Part shown: positions 9,691 through 18,247 of the stretch, piece by piece | Position numbering within the stretch: position 1 is the stretch's first letter | Layout: each line of letters opens with the position of its first letter | DNA from: an uncultured Chloroflexia bacterium | GTDB taxonomy: Bacteria > Chloroflexota > Limnocylindria > Limnocylindrales > CSP1-4 | DNA length: 64,000 nucleotides | NCBI GenBank assembly: GCA_963757055.1 | Contig: CAVWPX010000003.1 | Span: 1,986 to 65,985 of the forward strand | Reading direction: 5' to 3' | The notes under the pieces: model-generated | What the model saw: the letters and a program-made list of their open reading frames with translations, nothing else | Database searches by the model: none | Told to the model about the DNA's origin: nothing | Made by a program: the position numbers and the translations under genes

Positions 9691-11754
9691 CTAGCCGAGG
9701 ACCTTGTAGGTCACCGTGACCTTGACGTCGCGGACGTCGAGGGTGCGGACGGTGCCCGGCAGGGCCGGAGCGAAGATGTAGCCGCGGACGCGGCGGATGG
9801 CGGTGGCCAGACCGGTCGAGGCCGGTGAGCTGACCGAGGCCGAGGTGATCCCGGACGAGTGCGGGCCGCCATGGGTGGCGGTGACGCAGCTGACCGAGTA
9901 CGTGGTGCAGACGGTCCAGTTCTGGAGGCCGATCGTCATCGTGTTGGTCGTGTACTTGCCGATCGCCGTGAACGTGACCGTGCTGTAGCTGATCGCGCTC
10001 GGGGCGGTGAACGAGTAGACCGCCGCGACGGTGCCGTTCGACCCGGAGGTCATCTTCAGGCCGCCGGTGTACGCGGTGCTCGTCTTGGACGCGGACCCGG
10101 TCCCCGTCTTGAGGAGCGTCGTGTACTTGGCGCCGTCGATGGTCTGGGTGAACGTCTTGGAGATGAGCTTCTTGGTCGAGAGCGTCACGTAGCGCGTGTC
10201 GCTGAGGTGGTTGCCGTTCGTGTCCGTGACGGTCGAGATGATCTTGTACTTGCCGTTGCCCTGGAGGGTGCCGGCCGTGTTCTTGCCGTTCCAGGCGACG
10301 CTGTACGCGCCGGTGCCCGACGGGACCGTCAGGATGCGGACGCGGGTGCCGCTCGGGTTGTAGATGGAGATCGAGGCCGAGGCGGTCTCGCCGCGGTTGG
10401 CGCTGATGTTGACGCTGTCGCGATAGCCGTCGACGACCGGGTAGAACGTCCCGTAGTTCGTCGCGAAGCCGGAGACGTCGACCATGGTGTCGGGCGAGCC
10501 GAGGCTCACCTTGAGCACGATCGCGTAGTCGCCGGGGGGCGGGACCTCGCGCGCGACGCGGACGTAGTAGTCCGTGTTGGCGTTCGCGGTGAAGGTCAGC
10601 TTGTCGCGCAGGTTGACGTCGATGTTGACGCCGCACTGGACGAAGACCGGAGCGCCGACGGGGCCGGTGTACAGCTCGATGTTGGTGGCCACATCGCTAT
10701 CGGTCGTGGTCAGGTCGAAGGTCTTGGCCGACGTGCCCGCATTGATGTGGTACCAGACGGCGGCGTTGTCGTCGGTGTCGCAGTTCCCGTGGCTCGGATC
10801 GAGGTTCTGGAGCTGGACGCCGCTGTAGAACGGCGTCGTCGAGGTCGGGATGGGCGTGACGTTGATGGCGTGCGCCGGCGTGTCGTTCGGCGCGTCGATG
10901 ACGAGCCCGGTGCCGGTCACGAGGACTTCCTTATGGAGGCCATCGGCCGAGATGTCGTCCCCGGTCAGCGTGACCGCGCCTTCCCTGAGGCCGTACGTGA
11001 CCGGCTTGAAGACCATCGTCGCGTTGCAGGACGCGCCCACGGCGAGGGTCGCGCCGCACGTCTTGGCGAAGGTGTAGAGCTCGGGATAGCGGCCGCCCTT
11101 GGCGAGCGAGCTCATGTCGACGGCGGCGTTGCCGATGTTGGTGTAGGTGATCGTGTTCGTGGCCGAGGTGGCGCCGACGTTGACGCCGCCGACATCCTTC
11201 GTGTTGGCCGGGTTGGTCGCAACGACGTGCACGTCGCCCGTCGCGGCGATGCCGACCTGGAGGTGGATCTCAAGCGTGGGGCAGAACCCCTCCCACATGA
11301 GGTTCAGGCCGTCGACGTCCGTGCCGGTGAAGTGGAGCTGGCTGATCGTGAGCTTGCCGAGCTTCGTCGTGGGGGCGCAGGCGCTCCCGTCGACCGTGAG
11401 GACGACGCCGGGCTTGTCCGTGGTGGGCGTGGTGTCGACCGAACTGTAGGTGCCGATACCGAACGGACTGACCGTTGGTGCCGTGATGGCGAGCGAGGCG
11501 GTGTGGGCCGGGCTGGCCGACGACAGGTTCACCGTGATCCCGGTCGTGATGTCGCCGGTGGCGGTGACGGTGTCGGTGCTCAGGTAGACCGTGTCGGTCG
11601 TCTGGACGCCGTTGTGTGGGTCCTCCTGGCGGAGGAGGCCGAAGGTGGCCGGCGACGCGGCGAGGGCGACGGAGGCCGTCGTGCCGAAGAGTCCGACGAT
11701 GATGGAAGCCCCGATGAGAAGGCGTGTGAGACTCGCGTACCGCGAGGAGCGCAT
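9691..11754 (-). CDS. large secreted protein with Cys-pair module, choice-of-anchor-like segment and FlgD-Ig-like domain (688 aa)
   Basis: AAGGGGA then ATG 11754 (MRSSRYASL..., signal/TM LLIGASIIVGLF...ALAAS). The listed ORF starts further upstream. FlgD-Ig-like ISIYNPSGTRVRILTVPSGTGAYSVAWNGKNTAGTLQGNGKYKI. Confidence 0.75.
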   Translation of the reverse strand: MRSSRYASLTRLLIGASIIVGLFGTTASVALAASPATFGLLRQEDPHNGVQTTDTVYLSTDTVTATGDITTGITVNLSSASPAHTASLAITAPTVSPFGIGTYSSVDTTPTTDKPGVVLTVDGSACAPTTKLGKLTISQLHFTGTDVDGLNLMWEGFCPTLEIHLQVGIAATGDVHVVATNPANTKDVGGVNVGATSATNTITYTNIGNAAVDMSSLAKGGRYPELYTFAKTCGATLAVGASCNATMVFKPVTYGLREGAVTLTGDDISADGLHKEVLVTGTGLVIDAPNDTPAHAINVTPIPTSTTPFYSGVQLQNLDPSHGNCDTDDNAAVWYHINAGTSAKTFDLTTTDSDVATNIELYTGPVGAPVFVQCGVNIDVNLRDKLTFTANANTDYYVRVAREVPPPGDYAIVLKVSLGSPDTMVDVSGFATNYGTFYPVVDGYRDSVNISANRGETASASISIYNPSGTRVRILTVPSGTGAYSVAWNGKNTAGTLQGNGKYKIISTVTDTNGNHLSDTRYVTLSTKKLISKTFTQTIDGAKYTTLLKTGTGSASKTSTAYTGGLKMTSGSNGTVAAVYSFTAPSAISYSTVTFTAIGKYTTNTMTIGLQNWTVCTTYSVSCVTATHGGPHSSGITSASVSSPASTGLATAIRRVRGYIFAPALPGTVRTLDVRDVKVTVTYKVLG

Positions 11755-12039
11755 GTATTCCCCTTGAACATGGATGGATGAATTCGCTAGGACTGCTGGG
11801 ACGGGCATGGTAGCCGAAGGTACCGATTCGTGAGAATGGGGCCAGGGTCGAACGCGTTGCCCGACGTCACCGAACATGGGGCTAGGCAGATCGGCCGCCA
11901 ACGACTACCATGAAGAGGCAATCGCCATGGGAACGTTCCTATGGCACGAACATAGCTCGACGCAAACTCGGACTCCTCTCACGGCTGACGCGAGAAACCC
12001 GACGGCTCGCGCCGGCTATCGAGAGGAGTTTTCGTTTTC

Positions 12040-12396
12040 GTGTACAACGACAAGAACCTGACCTGCGCGGACTGTGGACAGGAGTTCGTCTTCACCGCTT
12101 CCGAGCAGGACTTCTACGCGCAGCGTGGCTTCACCGAGCCTCGCCGCTGCCCGTCGTGTCGCGCCAGCCGCAAGGCTGCCCGCAACGCGGACGGTGGCGG
12201 CTATAGCTCCGGCGCCGGCTACAGCTCGGGCGGCGGATACAGCTCGGGCGGCGGCGGTGGCTACAGCGATCGCGGTCCCCGCGAGATGTTCAGCGCCACC
12301 TGCTCGTCCTGCGGCAAGGAGGCTCAGGTCCCCTTCCGCCCGACGAGCGGCAAGCCCGTCTACTGCAGCGACTGCTTCCGCAGCCAGCGGGGCTAG
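12040..12396 (+). CDS. double zinc-ribbon protein (N-terminal zinc ribbon plus C-terminal CxxC-x17-CxxC) with GGYSSG low-complexity linker
   Basis: Intact 118-aa ORF with GTG start. CADC...CPSC and CSSC-x17-CSDC. Followed by a strong hairpin. Confidence 0.7.
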   Translation: MYNDKNLTCADCGQEFVFTASEQDFYAQRGFTEPRRCPSCRASRKAARNADGGGYSSGAGYSSGGGYSSGGGGGYSDRGPREMFSATCSSCGKEAQVPFRPTSGKPVYCSDCFRSQRG

Positions 12397-12450
12397 TCCC
12401 AACCACGCCAGCGGGTCGACCGTCGACCCGCCGTTGAACCAGTGAACCTT

Positions 12451-12477
12451 GACCCGGGTCGTCAGCCGACCCGGGTC
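12451..12477. terminator. bidirectional intrinsic-terminator-like hairpin between convergent genes
   Basis: Perfect 11-bp stem gacccgggtcg / cgacccgggtc with a 5-nt loop tcagc, followed by gttcgattctc. Confidence 0.55.
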
Positions 12478-12521
12478 GTTCGATTCTCGGGGGCGATGTC
12501 GCCGGCCAGGACCGCGACCGC

Positions 12522-13826
12522 CTAGCTGCCCTCACCCGTGACCGACAGCCGCCAGACCGGACAGGTGCTGGTCACGGTCAGGATGGCCTTGCGGAACGGC
12601 GTCTCGTGATCCGACTGGCCGGTCTCGCGGCCCTTGCGGGGGACGCTGACCTCGCCGCTGACCGCCGTCCCCGACGCGGGCGCGATCGACCAGTCGAACG
12701 CGCAGCTCGCCGCCGATGCCGCGTCCACCGTCCAGGCGACCTTGAGCGCGGACGTCATCACGTTCACCGCGCGCCAGGTGTAGCTCCCCTCCGCCCCATG
12801 GAAGTCCGAGCGGAAGCCGTAGGAGAACGTGGTCGGGTCGTTCGTGGTGAGCCGCTGGGTGGCCCCGGCCGGGGTCGGCGGCAGGGTCGCCTCCGGGGCC
12901 ATGCTGGGCGGGGTGCCCCAGATGCCCAGGCCGGCCGCCTTGGCCTGCGCCTCGGCGTCGGCGTAGAGGGCCTGGTACTTGACGTCGGGCGGCTGCGGGA
13001 CGGCCCGCGCGAAGCCGGCCTTGACCAGCTCGAGGCCGACCAGGAAGAGGGTCCCGTCGCGGTCGACCCAGACGTCGCGCAGGAGCCGCGCGGCGCTGTC
13101 CGCCTCGGACACGTCGCGCTCGAGGATGACCGTCTGGCCGCTGACCAGCTGGGCGTTGGCCTGGCTCGCCTCGGGGCCCATGAACTGGACCGGGCTGTCG
13201 AGGGTGACCGCCTCGGGGGCGTCGATGCCGAGGTAGTGCACGTACAGCCGGGCGCCGCCGGCGTCGACCACGATGGTGTCCCCGTCGATCACCCGCTCGA
13301 CGGTCGCCTCGCTCGTCGGGCCGCTCGGCACGAAGCTCGGTTCCGGGGTGGGCACGGGGTCCGCGCTCGGGACGGGCGCCGCGGCCGGGACGACGCCGGA
13401 GCCCGCGGTGAAGGTCGCGACGGTCGTCTGCACCCCGCCGAGGTCGGCCGCATAGGCGCCGCCCAGGAGCCCGAGGGCCAGCACGGCTGCCAGCACGAAC
13501 GCCAGCGAACGGCTGACCGGCCGTCGGATCGACCGGCGGCGGAGGGCGGAGACCCCGCCACGGGACGGCTTGGTGGTGCGGCGCGGTCCGGCCGTGGCCG
13601 GCCCCGGCGCATCCGGTGCCGAGGCGGCGGAGACGCTGGACGTCCCGGCCTTCGTGTCGGTCGCGCTGGCCATCGCCGCGGCCGCGGCCACGATCCCCTT
13701 GGAATACGGGCCGCCGGGCAGCTCGCCGCGCGCGTCGAGATCGTCGTAGTCGAGCCCGCAGCTCCGGCACCACCGGAACAGGGCGACCCTGCGCGTCCCG
13801 CAATCAGGGCAGAACTCTTGGAGCAT
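12522..13826 (-). CDS. membrane-anchored thermonuclease (SNase) family protein: zinc ribbon, TM, SNase domain, unknown C-terminal domain
   Basis: Intact 434-aa ORF, GGAGGG before the ATG. CPDCG...CRSCG ribbon, TM LAFVLAAVLALGLLGGAYA, SNase-like VERVIDGDTIVV...YLGIDAPE...RLLRDVWV. Confidence 0.8.
   Translation of the reverse strand: MLQEFCPDCGTRRVALFRWCRSCGLDYDDLDARGELPGGPYSKGIVAAAAAMASATDTKAGTSSVSAASAPDAPGPATAGPRRTTKPSRGGVSALRRRSIRRPVSRSLAFVLAAVLALGLLGGAYAADLGGVQTTVATFTAGSGVVPAAAPVPSADPVPTPEPSFVPSGPTSEATVERVIDGDTIVVDAGGARLYVHYLGIDAPEAVTLDSPVQFMGPEASQANAQLVSGQTVILERDVSEADSAARLLRDVWVDRDGTLFLVGLELVKAGFARAVPQPPDVKYQALYADAEAQAKAAGLGIWGTPPSMAPEATLPPTPAGATQRLTTNDPTTFSYGFRSDFHGAEGSYTWRAVNVMTSALKVAWTVDAASAASCAFDWSIAPASGTAVSGEVSVPRKGRETGQSDHETPFRKAILTVTSTCPVWRLSVTGEGS
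12903..13336. repeat. copy 1 of a 434-bp near-identical direct repeat (SNase core)
   Basis: Aligns base for base with 14384-14817 (offset 1481). I see only 2 mismatches (12936, 13205). Confidence 0.9.
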
Positions 13827-14005
13827 CGAAGCTCACCCTCCGCCGGCCCCTGCGCGCGCTCCGTCCCGCCTCTGCCCGGTGGGACGTGTGGGCCAGTGCG
13901 GGGGAGTCTAGTCGTGCATCGTGGCGCGGTCAACCGCGGACGCCATCCCCAGGACCATCTTCTGGTGCCGCGCCGCACCTGCCGTTGCGGCCGCGCAGGA
14001 CTCGG

Positions 14006-15191
14006 TCAGCCCGCCTCGCGCAGGGAGATCAGCCAGTCGCCGCAGGTGCTCGTGACCGTCATGCTGCTCTGGTCCGCGGCGACCGTCACGGCGCCACTGC
14101 CCCGCTCGCGCGACCGGCCGTCGAGGTCCAGGGTCCCCGTGACGGGCTCGCTGCCGCTGGCCTGGATCGTCCAGTCCAGCTTGCACCCCGAGCGGGTGGT
14201 CGAGCTGACGTCCCAGACCATCGTGACCTTCGTCGTCGGGAACGTCACCTCCGGCCAGTCGTAGATGCCGGCCCCGCCGCGGAAGAGGCTGCGGTCGGCG
14301 CTGATCTGGACGGGCTCCAGGCTCGTGTACGCGCGGAGGGACGGTGCCGGGCCATCGGGCCCGACGCTCGCCTCCGGCGCCGCGCTGGGCGGGGTGCCCC
14401 AGATGCCCAGGCCGGCGGCCTTGGCCTGCGCCTCGGCGTCGGCGTAGAGGGCCTGGTACTTGACGTCGGGCGGCTGCGGGACGGCCCGCGCGAAGCCGGC
14501 CTTGACCAGCTCGAGGCCGACCAGGAAGAGGGTCCCGTCGCGGTCGACCCAGACGTCGCGCAGGAGCCGCGCGGCGCTGTCCGCCTCGGACACGTCGCGC
14601 TCGAGGATGACCGTCTGGCCGCTGACCAGCTGGGCGTTGGCCTGGCTCGCCTCGGGGCCCATGAACTGGACCGGGCTGTCGAGGGCGACCGCCTCGGGGG
14701 CGTCGATGCCGAGGTAGTGCACGTACAGCCGGGCGCCGCCGGCGTCGACCACGATGGTGTCCCCGTCGATCACCCGCTCGACGGTCGCCTCGCTCGTCGG
14801 GCCGCTCGGCACGAAGCCGGTCGCCGGCAGCGTCACCGCCGGCGTCGGGGTGGCCGGGACGGTCGGCCGCGGCGTCGAGAAGATCGCGGCGATGTCCGGG
14901 CCACCCGAGACGTTGGTGAGGATCCCGTAGCCGGCCAGCACCGCGAGCGCCACGACCTCGAACGCGATCAGCCCGCGGACGACGTAGCGACGCCGCCGGT
15001 CGTCGCCCACGGTGACGCCGCGCTTCCTGGCCTCACGCGCGGCGGCCTCGGCCTTCGACTTCGACTTCGCGCGCGCCGCCGCACCCGCGGCGTCCATCGA
15101 ATTCGGCATCGAAGTCGTAGCCGCATTCCCGGCAATACCGGAAGGCCCCGGTCCGGGGAGCGTGGCAGCGCGCACAGGTCTGAGCCGGCAT
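14006..15191 (-). pseudogene. second membrane-anchored SNase-family protein (paralog), one frame switch near 15105
   Basis: GAGAGG then ATG 15191 gives MPAQTCARCHAPRTGAFRYCRECGYDFDA. The reading continues in the frame of the listed 14006..16201 ORF (TM, SNase core, C-terminal domain). Length is 3n+1. Confidence 0.75.
14384..14817. repeat. copy 2 of the 434-bp near-identical direct repeat (SNase core)
   Basis: See 12903-13336. The identical 85-aa shadow ORFs at 12979..13236 and 14460..14717 differ by one residue. Confidence 0.9.
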
Positions 15192-15289
15192 CCTCTCAGC
15201 CTAGCAACTCGCAGCCGGAATGGGACTTCTTCCCGGTGCCGTGCGTCACCGCGAACGCCGCAGCCGATGCGGCCTGCCACGATAGGTCG

Positions 15290-16291
15290 ATGGAGCCATC
15301 CGCCCGAGCCGGGTTCAACGTCCAGTGGATGCTCGTCGAGCGAGGCCAGCGGCCGCGCCCGACCGACGAGCGCGCCCTCGACTTCATGGCCGCGAACGGG
15401 TTCGACTTCCTGCGCGTCCCGACCGACTATCGCGTGTGGACGACCGGGTTCGAGTACCGGCGCCCGGACGAGACCGTCTTCGAGTCGCTCGACGGCTACC
15501 TGGCCGCCTGCCAGGCCCGCGGGATCCACCTCTCGCTGAACCTCCACCGCGCGCCGGGCTACTGCATCACCCGCATCGAGCTCGAACGCGACCGGCTGTG
15601 GGTCGACGAGGTCGCCCAGGACGGCTTCGTCTTCCTCTGGGAGGGCTTCGCCCGCCGCTACCTCGGCGTCCCGGCCGCGGAGCTGTCGTTCGACCTCATC
15701 AACGAGCCGCCGGCCATCGGGCTGGACGGGTTCACGCGCGAGAACCACGCCGCGCTCATCCGGCGGACCGTCGCCGCGATCCGGGCGATCGATCCGGACC
15801 GGCCCATCGCCATCGACGGCCTCGATGGCGGCAACCTCGCGATGCCCGAGCTCGCGGACCTGGGCGTGACCCACAGCGGCCGCGGCTACGCGCCGTACCC
15901 GGTCTCGCACTGGGGCGCCGAGTGGTGGGACGGCTGGCGGCTCGGCGACGCCCCGCGCTGGCCGGGGGTGGTCTACGAGGGGCGGGCGTGGTCGGTGGAC
16001 GACCTCCGGGCGTTCTACGACCCGTGGCGCGCCGTCGAGCGCGCCGGGGCGGCCGTCCACATCGGGGAGTTCGGCTGCTACCGGAACACGCCGAACGCCG
16101 ACGCGCTGCGCTGGTTCGCCGACCTGCTCGGCCTGTTCCGCGAGTTCGGCTGGGGGTTCGCCCTCTGGAACTTCGAGGGGCCGTTCGGGATCGTCGGCCA
16201 CGGCCGGCCCGGCGCCCGCTTCGAGCCGCGCGACGGCTACCTCGTCGACGTCGACCTGCTGGAGCTCCTCCTCGCGGCGCGCGTCACCTGA
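15290..16291 (+). CDS. glycoside hydrolase family 5 (cellulase/mannanase-type), no signal peptide
   Basis: 3' part of the listed 13616..16291 ORF, from ATG 15290. Acid/base motif FDLINEP and nucleophile motif HIGEFG. Confidence 0.75.
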   Translation: MEPSARAGFNVQWMLVERGQRPRPTDERALDFMAANGFDFLRVPTDYRVWTTGFEYRRPDETVFESLDGYLAACQARGIHLSLNLHRAPGYCITRIELERDRLWVDEVAQDGFVFLWEGFARRYLGVPAAELSFDLINEPPAIGLDGFTRENHAALIRRTVAAIRAIDPDRPIAIDGLDGGNLAMPELADLGVTHSGRGYAPYPVSHWGAEWWDGWRLGDAPRWPGVVYEGRAWSVDDLRAFYDPWRAVERAGAAVHIGEFGCYRNTPNADALRWFADLLGLFREFGWGFALWNFEGPFGIVGHGRPGARFEPRDGYLVDVDLLELLLAARVT

Positions 16292-16303
16292 TCGCGGGGC
16301 GGG

Positions 16304-17150
16304 TCACTTGATCGCGCCGCGGGCGAACCCGCGGTAGACCCAGCGCTGCAGGCCCAGGAACAGCGAGCAGGGTCGGGATGATCGTGATCACGACGCCGGC
16401 CGCGATGACCTGCCAGTTCGTCTGGTACGGCCCCTGGAACCGGAAGAGCGAGGTCGCGACCACGCCCGAGGTCCGGCGAGGGCATGTACAGGAACGGGAT
16501 GTAGAACTCGTTGTAGATCGCGACGCCCTTGATGATCACCACCGTCACGATGGCCGGGACCAGCAGCGGCAGGATGATCGAGCGATAGACCCGGAAGTGC
16601 GAGGCGCCTTCCATGATCGCCGCCTCGTCGAGCGACCGCGGGATGCCGCGCATGAACTGGATGAAGATGTAGATCGACACGATGTCGGTGCCGATGAAGA
16701 GCGCGATCGCCGACCAGCGCGTGTTGAACAGCCCGAGTCCCTTGATGATCTGGAACGTCGCGACCTGGGCCGTCACCGCCGGCACGATCGCGGCGAGCAG
16801 GAACAGGAACGAGGATCAGGCCCCGGCCGCGGAACGTGAACCGGTCGATCGCGTAGGCCGCCATCGACCCGATCAGCACGGTGCCCGTGACGGACAGCAC
16901 CAGGATGAACGTGGTGTTGACGAAGGCCGTGAGCATCTGGCCTTCGAAGAACGCCCGTCGGAAGTTGTCGAAGTTGAGCCAGTCCTTCGGTGGCGTGAGC
17001 ACCTGGCCCTGGTTGAACTCGGTCGCCGGTCTTGAACGACGCCATGACGATGACGACCAGCGGGACGAGCGCGATCAGGCAGGCGACGATCAGCGACAGG
17101 TAGGTCGCCCCGGTCTTCGCCCGGTCGCCGGCACGGTCGTGGCGCGCCAT
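16304..17150 (-). pseudogene. carbohydrate ABC transporter permease (MalG-type), about 4 frame switches as assembled
   Basis: Pieces in three frames join into one permease: MARHDRAGDRAKTGATYLSLIVAC..., LTPPKDWLNFDNF..., VTAQVATFQIIKGLGLF...LDEAAIMEGASHFRVYRSIILP, ...LFLGLQRWVYRGFARGAIK stop. Confidence 0.7.
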
Positions 17151-17155
17151 CACGA

Positions 17156-18132
17156 TCAGCTCCGCCTGCTCATCGGGGACGACCCGCCGCTGGATCCACG
17201 TCACGGCCAGGATCAACACCAGCAGGATCACGGCCATCGCCGACGCGAGCCCCACCTGGTTGGTAGGTGAACGCCGTCTGGATGGTGAGGATCACGAACG
17301 TGGCACTGCCGTTCGCGCCGCCGAGCATCACGTACGGGATCTCGAAGGCGGCCAGCGATCCGGCGATGGCGAGGATGAAGCTGAGCCCGATGACCGGTCG
17401 GATCCCGGGCACGATGATGTAGCGGAAGAGGCTGCCAGCGGCTGGCGCCGTCGATCTCGCCGGCCTCGAGCGTCTCGGTCGGGATCGATTGGATCGCGCC
17501 GAGGAACAGCACGAAGTTCAGCCCGAGGTAGCGCCAGATCGAGACGCTGGCGAGCGAGACGTTGACGACCGACCGGTCGCCCGTCCAGAGCGGCGGTGTC
17601 GTTGATCCCGACGCCCGCGAGCAGGCTGTCCAGGACGCCGTCCGGCTTCAGGACGTACAGGAAGATGAACGAGATCGCGACCCCGTTGATCAGGTACGGG
17701 AAGAAGATGATGCCCTTGAACAGGCTCCGGAACCGGACGTTGAAGCTGAGCATCGTCGCGAGATACAGCGCGATCGCCATCTGGACGAACGCGCCGATGA
17801 AGTAGTACAGGCTCGATGAAGAAGACGCCGAACAGCTCGGGCTGCGTGAAGATCCGGATGTAGTTGTCGATCCCGACGAACTTGCGGTCCGCGCTGAGCC
17901 CGTTCCACTTCACGACGCTGTACGAGAGCATGTTCGCGATCGGGACGTAGGTGAAGAGCAGCAGCAGGGCGACCGGGACGATCAGGAAGAGGTAGGGCGT
18001 CAGCGAGCGCAGACGCCGCCGGCGTCGGTCGAGCCCGACGGTCACGCCGGCCTCGCCCGCGGGTGCGGCGACGATGGAGGGCGATGTCGACAGGTCCTTC
18101 ACCTGCTCGTCCTTCCAGCTCCCGAGCGTCAT
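17156..18132 (-). pseudogene. carbohydrate ABC transporter permease (MalF-type), about 5 frame switches as assembled
   Basis: Pieces in ORFs 17518..18132, 17328..17780, 17228..17512, 17170..17412 and 16773..17255 join in order. EAA-type loop TLEAGEIDGAS...FRYIIVPGIRP. The 3' end is approximate. Confidence 0.65.
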
Positions 18133-18247
18133 GGCAGGCCGATGATGGACGTTCGCCGGGCCGACGACGAGGCCGTGACGACCTCGTTCCGACCCGGCGA
18201 ACCGATCACCGGGAGATCAGGCGGTCCGGGGGACCGCCGTGCCTCGC

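Noticed and set aside
9691-12039. Apparent drop in GC content over the 688-aa secreted-protein gene and its upstream region, considered as a horizontally acquired island.
   Set aside because: Third codon positions in the gene remain strongly G/C. The dip follows from its Thr/Ser/Asn/Lys/Tyr/Ile-rich composition and from one AT-richer intergenic region. There are no integrase, tRNA or flanking direct repeats.
12190-12270. Short tandem nucleotide repeats (ggc-tac/tat-agc-tcg/tcc-ggc units), considered as a repeat array.
   Set aside because: They lie inside an intact ORF and encode the GGYSSG low-complexity linker. There is no spacer structure, so this is not a CRISPR array or minisatellite.
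12903-14817. The 434-bp duplicated tract, considered as an insertion sequence or MITE.
   Set aside because: Both copies are in frame inside paralogous genes and encode the SNase core. They have no terminal inverted repeats, transposase or target-site duplications.
13616-16291. Very long ORFs such as 13616..16291 (+), 42132..45524 (+), 45586..47382 (+), 48231..50057 (-), 50225..52453 (-), 28340..30142 (+), 18239..19918 (+), 38105..40954 (+) and 3475..5181 (-).
   Set aside because: Their translations are Arg/Pro/Gly/Asp-rich with no recognisable motifs. They lie antisense to, or out of frame with, genes that have clear family signatures. In DNA this GC-rich, stop codons are rare in non-coding frames, so these are shadow ORFs. 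The real GH5 gene occupies only the last third of 13616..16291.
16304-18132. Frame switches considered as programmed ribosomal frameshifting or a recoding signal.
   Set aside because: There are far too many (4-5 per 0.9-kb gene), with no shared slippery heptamer or downstream structure. The same kind of event occurs in two dozen unrelated genes, so consensus indel error or decay is the simpler explanation.
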